DNA of 64,000 bases. Source: Octopus vulgaris. Its lineage: Eukaryota. Below, piece by piece: positions 56,065 through 64,000 of this stretch (position 1 is its first letter; every line of letters begins with the position of its first letter). Below the pieces are notes generated by a model. The model did no database searches. It had not been told where the DNA came from and worked only from the letters and a program-made list of their open reading frames with translations. A program made the position numbers and the translations under genes. Location: NCBI GenBank assembly GCA_951406725.2, contig OX597827.1, forward strand, positions 76,446,001 through 76,510,000. The letters run 5' to 3'.

Positions 56065-57117
56065 TACATGTTTAATAACAGTTTGCCTCCGCTCCTTGCA
56101 ACTTAAAGTTTCGCAGGCGTGTAGGCCGCGGCTATCTCATCAGATCATAGCAGAATGAAAGATTCGAGGCAAACTCAAGATGGCTACTAGCTGTTCGGCA
56201 TGTTTTGCTCAGTACAGGATACGTGATGTTGCTGCTGTGAAAGCGTCACCAACTATTTTTGTTAATTTTTAGGGTCAATAACTCGGGATGGATTTATCTG
56301 TAAGTTACTATATATGGAGGACGCCCTGATTCTATCTTTGAGCCCGCAAAGAGAGCGGGAAATATAATCTAGTTCAACCTTACATTCAGCCTGGAAGTTT
56401 TAACTAACAGGATTAAAAGCTCCCTTGACGCTAATTAACAGACATTTCTCTTCAACTCATAGGCATTATAAACTGTTCAATTCCTACATTAAAAATGCCA
56501 ATTACTCTTGCTTAGACAATGTTACAAACTACAATAGATGAAAATACAAACATACACAACCTCCAGTCCACTTGGCAATCTGTAAGTGTCGAAATACTAC
56601 CAACTGCCCACTGGGAGGGTCTTGTCTCTCAAGGGCTTTGCTCTTATAGAGCTCCCCTCATACCATCGAATGGTATCACAAGACACTACGCGACCAGAAC
56701 AGCCAATGATTTTTAGGGAAGGTATACAGAGCACATGCACTCCTTCAGATACAGGGATAGGAAAAACTTCGTCACCTGTGTCCTGTTTCACCTGGAGATT
56801 TTTCCAACATTAAATGGAATATAATTGACAGCTCCCCGTTACTCACTCGTAACATGCAATTGAGACTACGCATTCCACGCCAATCTGCAGAAATCATCAG
56901 CAAAAACAATGAACAATTTTATTGTTACCATCAGAGGTGCACTCTGTTAATGAACTTCATGCATCAAACAATCCAGATATACCACTGTTGGCCTAGCTTC
57001 GCGTATACAGTATGGTATATCCAAGTTGATTATCTAACCTCAGTCGTAACCCAACACCATCAATATTGGTCATTCTTGCCTAAAAACTGCTACCGCTTAT
57101 GTGTTGATACTCTACTG

Positions 57118-57739
57118 CAGTGATTTTCAACCAGGGTTCCGCCAGTACAGTCCAGGGGTTCTGCCAGTACAGTCCAGGGGTTCCGCAAGAAGTTACAAAA
57201 CTGCAAAAATTGGCAGTAATTTTTAAGTCTCCTGTGCAGATATCTCTCATTTACTTACTTGTTTCAGTCATTTGACTGCGGCCATGCTGGAGCACCGCCT
57301 TTAATCGAGCAAACTCGACCCCGGGACTTATTCTTTGTAAGCCCAGTACTTATTCTATCGGTCTCTTTTTTGCCGAACCGCTAAGTGACGGGGACGTAAA
57401 CACACCAGCATCGGTTGTCAAGCGATGCTAGGGGGACAAACACAGACACACAAACACACACATACACATATATACGACAGGCTTCTTTCAGTTTCCGTCT
57501 ACCAAATCCACTCACAAGGCATTGGTCGGCCCGGGGCTATAGCAGAAGTCACTTGCCCAAGATGCCACGCAGTGGGATTGAACCCGGAACCATGTGGTTG
57601 GTTAGCAAGCTACTTACCACACAGCCACTCCTGCGCCTATATGTGTGCATAAGCCAATTAAATTATTGCACAGGGGTTCCTCGAGCCAGTGGAATGCTTC
57701 CTTGGGGTTCCGCTCCAGCAAAAAGTTTGAAAAGCACTG
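57118..57739. mobile_element. hAT-type MITE interrupted by a SINE A
   Basis: TIRs cagtgattttcaacc / gtttgaaaagcactg, 8-bp flanks ctctactg / cattactg (6/8 match) and subterminal ggggttcc repeats. Confidence 0.8.
57253..57637 (-). mobile_element. SINE family A, full length, nested in the hAT MITE
   Basis: Near-identical to 6893-7291. Confidence 0.92.
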
Positions 57740-58170
57740 CATTACTGAACGGTGACGGAGATACTGACCCAGGATCCCACTCTAGCTCACGCGATACCCG
57801 ATACAAGGAACTGATGTCGTTGAATGAATACACTCTACCGCAGACTGCTGCCAAAGTGGCGTCAGCACCCTGCTGCCATTTTGTCCCATCATTTAAGCCT
57901 AAAGGTAAAAAGAAATATTTGGTGTTGCTTTCACAACACAAATACGACGTGGTCTGAAGTGACCAATAGAGGCCCAGCATCTAGAAGGCACTTTGAAAAT
58001 GCTTCAAATCTCTCACGGCTTCTCTAAATATCCTATGAAATGCGTCCGTACAACATGCCCACGTGACTTTAAGCTATAATTAACCGAGTCAAGTCGTTAT
58101 TAAATTGTAATTCTATCCAAATGTGTTGACTGCCAGCCTTTACCGCTTGTCCACTCACGCGCACGTATGC

Positions 58171-58250
<80 letters not shown>

Positions 58251-58279
58251 GTGTGTGTGCGTGTTCTTTATCCTTTATC

Positions 58280-58490
58280 TTTCACTTGTTTCAGTCATGA
58301 GACTGCGGCCATGCTGGAGCATCGCCTTGAAGAATATCTCAGGATCGATTCAACTAGTTATTGTTTTTCTTTTAAGCCCACTGCTTCTTGTATTTCTCTC
58401 TCCTGCTGAACTGCTAAGCTACGAGGACGTAAACACACCGATGCCGGTTGTCAAGCGATGGTGAGGAACAAACACAGACACAAAGACACA
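58280..58490 (-). mobile_element. SINE family A tail fragment
   Basis: cttgtttcagtcatgagactgcggccatgctggagc...ggacgtaaacacaccg. Confidence 0.8.
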
Positions 58491-58501
58491 CCTGAATCTA
58501 T

Positions 58502-58537
<36 letters not shown>

Positions 58538-58587
58538 GTATATACACGTATGTTTATACATGTGTGCGCGTATATGTATATATATAT

Positions 58588-58883
58588 ATCACCGTGATAA
58601 CCGTGTTGCTGCACATCACTACACATCGCTGGTCACAATGCGCTTCGCATTGTTTTAGCCTTCAAATGACGCCACCCCGCAGGCTAAGCGAGCAGGCCAA
58701 CAGAAGAAAGAGTGACAGAAAATTGTGGCGAAAGAGTACAGCAGGGTTCGCCACCAGCCCCTGCAGGAGCATCGTAGAGCTTTTATGTGTTTTCGCTCAA
58801 TAAACACTCCCGATCTGGGAATCGAAACCGCGATCCTACGACCGCGAGTCCGCTGCCCTAACCACTAGGCCATTGCGCCTCCA
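58588..58883 (-). mobile_element. SINE with family B head/body and an alternative tail (variant 2)
   Basis: 58700-58883 matches the 16064 copy; 58588-58700 is unrelated to the family B tail. Confidence 0.85.
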
Positions 58884-58923
58884 TACACACACAAACACAG
58901 ACATACACAAACACAGACACACA

Positions 58924-58978
<55 letters not shown>

Positions 58979-59243
58979 ATACACATATATACTTATATAC
59001 AGGAGACCAAAAGTGTACGTACGTCGCTATATGTATATATAAAAAAAACAAAAAATGGAACAAGAACGTAACAAGTGACAACAAAACATCTAGACAGTCA
59101 GACGATACAAAAAAAGCTCAAGAAAAAAAAATAAGAACGAGCCATTTCAACTAAGGACGAATTAAATTAAGCTGGTGTGTGTGTGGAAGTGAAGCCTTAC
59201 GACACATACATACATTCATGTATGTGTATACATGTATGTATGA

Positions 59244-59276
<33 letters not shown>

Positions 59277-59367
59277 TGTATGTATGTATGTATGTATGTA
59301 TGTATGTATGTATTATGTATGTATGTATGTATGTGTGTGTGTATGTATGTATTCTTTTATTCTATCA

Positions 59368-59547
59368 TTTGTTTCAGTCATCTGACTGCGGCCATGCTGG
59401 AACACCACCTTTAGTCGAACAAATTAACCCCAGGACTTATTCTTTGTAAGCCTAGTACTTATTCTACCGGTTTCTTATGCCGAACCACTAAGTTACGTGA
59501 GACGTAGACACACCAACATTGGTTGTCAAGCGATAATTGGGAGACAA

Positions 59548-59599
<52 letters not shown>

Positions 59600-59751
59600 C
59601 GGGTTTCTTTCAGTTTCCGTCTACCATATCCACTCACAAGGCTTTGGTCGATCCAAGGCTATAGTAGCAGACAATTGCCCAAGGTACCATGTAGTGGGAC
59701 TGAACCCGGAATTATGTGGTTGGAAAGCAAGCTACTTACCACACAGTCACT

Positions 59752-59838
<87 letters not shown>

Positions 59839-59944
59839 GGAGTGACTGTGTGGTATGTAGCTTGCTTTCCAACCACATGGTTCCGGGTTCAGTCCCACTA
59901 CGTGGCACCTTGGGCAATTGTCTGCTACTATAGCCTTGGATCGA

Positions 59945-59946
<2 letters not shown>
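59368..59946. mobile_element. SINE family A (minus, 59368-59754) plus an inverted copy of its head (plus, 59838-59946)
   Basis: 109-bp arms with about 5 mismatches, sharing private variants. Confidence 0.9.
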
Positions 59947-60026
<80 letters not shown>

Positions 60027-60249
60027 GAAATACGGATTAGAAAAACAGCCGACAACTGATGAAGGGTCGCTCTTTATGTTGCTTGTCTTGTTTTCCATTA
60101 GTTTCTTTTGTTGTTCCCCCAAAAGTTCATATCCCATGTATTCGTATTTCGTATTTTATGTTGTTTATGTTTTGTGACGTCCTGTGCCTACATATGCATA
60201 TGTATATACGTATACATGTAAATATGTACATATACGTATGCATATATGC

Positions 60250-60348
<99 letters not shown>

Positions 60349-60559
60349 CAATAAGAAAATGGAGGTGATCAATAGGTGGTTCATCAACTTTTAGACATTA
60401 TATTATGTTAACTTATTCATTTATTTACTAAAATGGCAATTACAAGAATATACATACATGTGTATAACATATTTTGATTTACATATAAAAACATATTAAT
60501 ATATAAAGATACCAGTAATTATTTAAAAAATATCATACAGGAATATAAATTGGGAAAAT

Positions 60560-60684
60560 ATCTTACAGCTGTTTCAGTCAAGAGGCAAAAATACCTCATT
60601 TTACCTTTATTCTTCCAGTAGACTGAAGTAATAAGTAGATGAAATTGAGGTACTTGGTTGTTACTCTAGGCTTCATCATATTTC
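60560..60684 (-). ncRNA. Decayed long-stem-II hammerhead motif
   Basis: Minus strand ATGATGA AGCCTAGAG ... CTCTTGACT GAAA CAGCTG TA AGAT. C3 is mutated and stem I is disrupted. Confidence 0.45.
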
Positions 60685-61098
60685 GTTTTGGGATTTGGTT
60701 TGCAAGATTCTTTGTGTGAGTTCGTGTGTTGAAGCATATTCTGTTGTGTTTGGGGAGGGTCATTCTCTTTTAGTGCCTTATAATTTAGCACACGCACCGG
60801 TAAAATTTCCACTTATTTCTTATTTTTATTTTTCTAAAATTTTCGTTTAATCAGAGGATATGTTAACCTCGTGAAAGGATGGTTGCATCCAAGGAAATAC
60901 TGGTTCGATGCCTAATATTGTTGGGGAATGAAATTCCCTTAAAACAATAGGTATATATTGAGCATATAGCTTATATCCAGTTAAAAGAAGAAAAGAACAT
61001 GGAGATAAGGAAGTTAATTTATTTATTATTAACAGAATGCTCATCTTTGCGGAAATGAATTGATAGGTCCACATATAACATCCCAAGGTACATCTTTT

Positions 61099-61198
61099 TT
61101 CTCTGATGAAATTATGCTCATGTCACATAAATACTAATGTATTTATTGTACAAATTTGTTATTAAATTATTGAATATTAATTCAAACGTCTGTAAGAA
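61099..61198 (+). ncRNA. Decayed long-stem-II hammerhead motif
   Basis: TTCT CTGATGA AATTA ... TAATT CAAA CGTCTG TA AGAA. Stems I and II are intact; G12 is changed to C and the stem III palindrome is broken. Confidence 0.5.
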
Positions 61199-61285
61199 GC
61201 GATGATGAATTTGTTATTAATAAATAATTGTTAACTTCCTTTGTCTCCATTTTCTCTTGTTCTTTCAACTGGATATACACTATAT

Positions 61286-61372
<87 letters not shown>

Positions 61373-61373
<1 letters not shown>

Positions 61374-61578
61374 TTAATCCGAACAAGAAAGCAAAAAAAA
61401 AAACACCACAACGCGAGGACGTGCAACAAATATAGAATTATTGGACGCTCAGGAAAGAAGGAAAGAAGGAGGGTATAACGTTTCGAGCGGAGCTCTTCGT
61501 CGGAAACATAAGAGAAGGAAAGATCCAGAGAAGGGAAGACAGAGGGAAAAAATCGCCAACGGTACACACGAGGTCACA
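61373..61578 (-). mobile_element. ~200-bp Penelope-like element with a minimal hammerhead at 61473-61507
   Basis: Minus strand GTTT CCGACGA A GAGC TCC GCTC GAAA CG TT ATAC; collinear with 20800-21003. Confidence 0.72.
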
Positions 61579-61638
61579 TTTTGAATGCTATATATATATT
61601 AAGGATGGAAAGTAGTGTGTAGCAAATATATATATATA

Positions 61639-62147
61639 TCTATATATATAAAACTGTAGTTGTGTGAGTGTCTGTCCCCTTCGATTTAGATTCCTAACTA
61701 CTCCCACATTTTGCGGTGCAGTTTAACCAAATTCAAGTATCTTATAGTCGTTATTCATATCGAGCCCGTCTCGCTATTAGCGCGCGTCTACGATGAGTCT
61801 ACGATTTTAAAAATAATTTAACATCATTTTTTATTCCATTTTAATGCATAATTTTTCGTGTGTCGATGGCGGCGGAGTTGGCGTCCACGCTCACAGCTGC
61901 ACCTGTTTGCTTCTCCCCCTTCTTCCCTCCCTCGTGAAGCTGTGGGGAAGGGAGTGTAAGGAAATCAACGTCGTAAAGCGTTGTCAAGGAGACCAGCGTT
62001 CTTTTAGAACAACGACTTCATGGCTTGAAGACACCAAAACAGAAATGGCTAAGAAAGCCCGAATTGGCATCTATAAGGGAAGTAACTCTCTAAAAATGCT
62101 TATATAGTTATTTCCCTTACAAACCCGAGCAACGCCGGGCGATACTG

Positions 62148-62150
<3 letters not shown>
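61639..62150 (+). mobile_element. Non-autonomous Helitron
   Basis: 5' TCTATATATATAAAA after an A. A 3' GC-rich imperfect hairpin cccgagcaacgccggg (62124-62139) lies about 8 nt before CTA, where the canonical CTAG reads CTAT. Inserted in (TA)n with no TSD. Confidence 0.8.
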
Positions 62151-62183
<33 letters not shown>

Positions 62184-62202
62184 CGTACACACACATATAC
62201 GA

Positions 62203-62592
62203 TGGGCTTTTTCCACTTTCCGTCTATTAAATTCACTCACAAGGCTTTGGTCGGTCCGAGGCTATATAGTAGCACCTTGTCCAAAGTACCATGCGGAGGG
62301 ACTGAACCAGGAACCATGTCGTCGAGAAGCAAGTTTCTTACCGCACTTCCATGCCTGCGCTATATACGTATATATTGATTTCAACTTGTTATTTCTACAA
62401 AACCTACACACACACACACACACACATACACACACATATATAGGCTCAGGATGGGTGTGTGGTAAGTAGGTTGCTTACCAACCACATGGTTCCGGGTTCA
62501 TTCCCACTGCGTGGCATCTTGTGCAAATGTCTTCTACTCTAGCCTCGAGTCGACTAAAGCCTTGTGACGGAAACTGAAAGAAGCCCGTTGTA

Positions 62593-62639
<47 letters not shown>

Positions 62640-62853
62640 GTATGTGTTTATATGTTTGTGTGTCTGCGTTTGTCTCCCCAATATCGCTTGACAACCGATG
62701 GTGGTGTGTTTACGTCCCCGTAAACTAGCGGTTCGGCAAAAGAGACCGATAGAATAAGTACTAGGCTTCCAAAGAATAAGTCGTGGGGTCGTTTTGCTTG
62801 TCCAAAGGCGGTGCTCCAGTATGGCTACAGTCAAATGACTGAAACAAGTAAAA
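62203..62853. mobile_element. Divergent SINE family A pair (minus head 62203-62360; plus near-full copy 62442-62853)
   Basis: Family A motifs on opposite strands separated by about 80 nt. Confidence 0.85.
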
Positions 62854-62889
62854 GAGCGTGTGTATATATATTTATACATATATATATAT

Positions 62890-64000
62890 ACAAGATAAGA
62901 AAATGGAGAAATACATCTAAATCAAATATCAAGTACCAGATAATACTCAATCACATACTTTATTAAACCACCACATAAGAGACTGTAGGGTTAAATATAA
63001 AAAGCAGAACAAATCAGTGTACATAAAGGAATGTACATAAAAGAGTAATGTTGTATAATAAGTAGAATATATATAAAAGAGAATATAAATATAAGTAAAT
63101 ATAAATATAAGTATAGATTACATCTTACAGCTGTTTCGGCCATGTAGATAAGTATGTCTCATTTTACCGACAGACATGCACTCTGCAATTTAGTGAATGT
63201 GTAGAGATGTGTCGGAGTGTATTCATGTGTGTGTGCATGTGTGTGTGAGTTTCTGTGTGGATGTGTGGGTTTAGGGTTAGATATGGATGTGTATGTTTTG
63301 TATGTGCGGTGTGATGGAGGTCGGGCGGCTCTCAATTGACCAACCGTGAGGAAGATAATGATAATTTTAAATTCAAATCCAATATTGTATTTATGTCATA
63401 AAGAAAATTACTAACTGGAACCCGGACATACATATATATACCGCTCTGGATCCTAATGTAAGCGTTATTAATAATATTATGAATGATAATAATGGTAACA
63501 TTAATGGTATTGACAACGATAATGATGCTAACTTTAATGACACTTTAGAAATTAGTAGGAAGTAATATAATGTACTATTGACTATGTATATTTGCATCTA
63601 GGTACTAATTTGTGTATGTTTATTATCACAATATTAAGTCGAAAAACTAAGACATTGAATGTGGAACACATATATATGTTTACTAATTTATATTATTTAT
63701 TTATATCATTATGTATATGTATATTTTTATATGTATAAGAGTGTGAGTATATGCACTCATATGTATATGTATATGTTGTATTATGGGTATGCACCCACAC
63801 CCATGTGGCTATATATGTAGACTGATTTATATTACATAATCTCCGAAAAGGCCTTATGATATTTTTGTAAATGTCTCATTTATATCTATATATTGACCTA
63901 CCATAAAAGGCTAATATTGGTAAAATGAGACATACTTATCTACATGGCCGAAACAGCTGTAAGATGTAATCTATACTTATATTTATATTTACTTATATTT
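62890..64000. mobile_element. Penelope-like non-coding element with an inverted terminal repeat, runs off window end
   Basis: 63087-63168 is the exact reverse complement of 63919-64000. The repeat contains the GGCC GAAA CAGCTG TA AGAT half of a hammerhead. Confidence 0.7.
63839..63965 (+). ncRNA. Long-stem-II hammerhead motif with mutated core
   Basis: ATCT CCGAAAA GGCC ... GGCC GAAA CAGCTG TA AGAT, with inner helix atgtctcattt/aaatgagacat. CUGANGA reads CCGAAAA (U4C, G8A). Confidence 0.6.

Noticed and set aside
63267-63281. Telomere-like gggtttagggttag
   Set aside because: Only about two units; not significant.

Overview
AT-rich, microsatellite-saturated animal DNA, mostly intronic or intergenic. 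The SINE types and microsatellite load suggest a coleoid cephalopod, probably Octopus (inference from repeat recognition, not a database match). No complete protein-coding gene is recognisable, and nearly all ORFs in the supplied track are translations of (TA)n, (CA)n, (GA)n, (TATC)n and triplet repeats. The window holds dozens of copies of at least five tRNA-derived SINE groups (CORE-, Deu/Nin- and Meta-domain types, with swapped heads and tails), hAT, piggyBac-like and pogo/mariner-like MITEs, a non-autonomous Helitron, several minisatellites and three candidate spliced exons. The most interesting signal is a dispersed set of type I hammerhead ribozyme motifs with palindromic stem III. One class has long stem II insertions (intact at 5724-5814 and 40119-40212; decayed at 60.6, 61.1 and 63.9 kb). 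The other is a minimal 35-nt class (20.9 and 61.5 kb). They lie in non-coding Penelope-like modules, one with a perfect inverted repeat of at least 82 bp. Coordinates were read by eye, so repeat boundaries are approximate.
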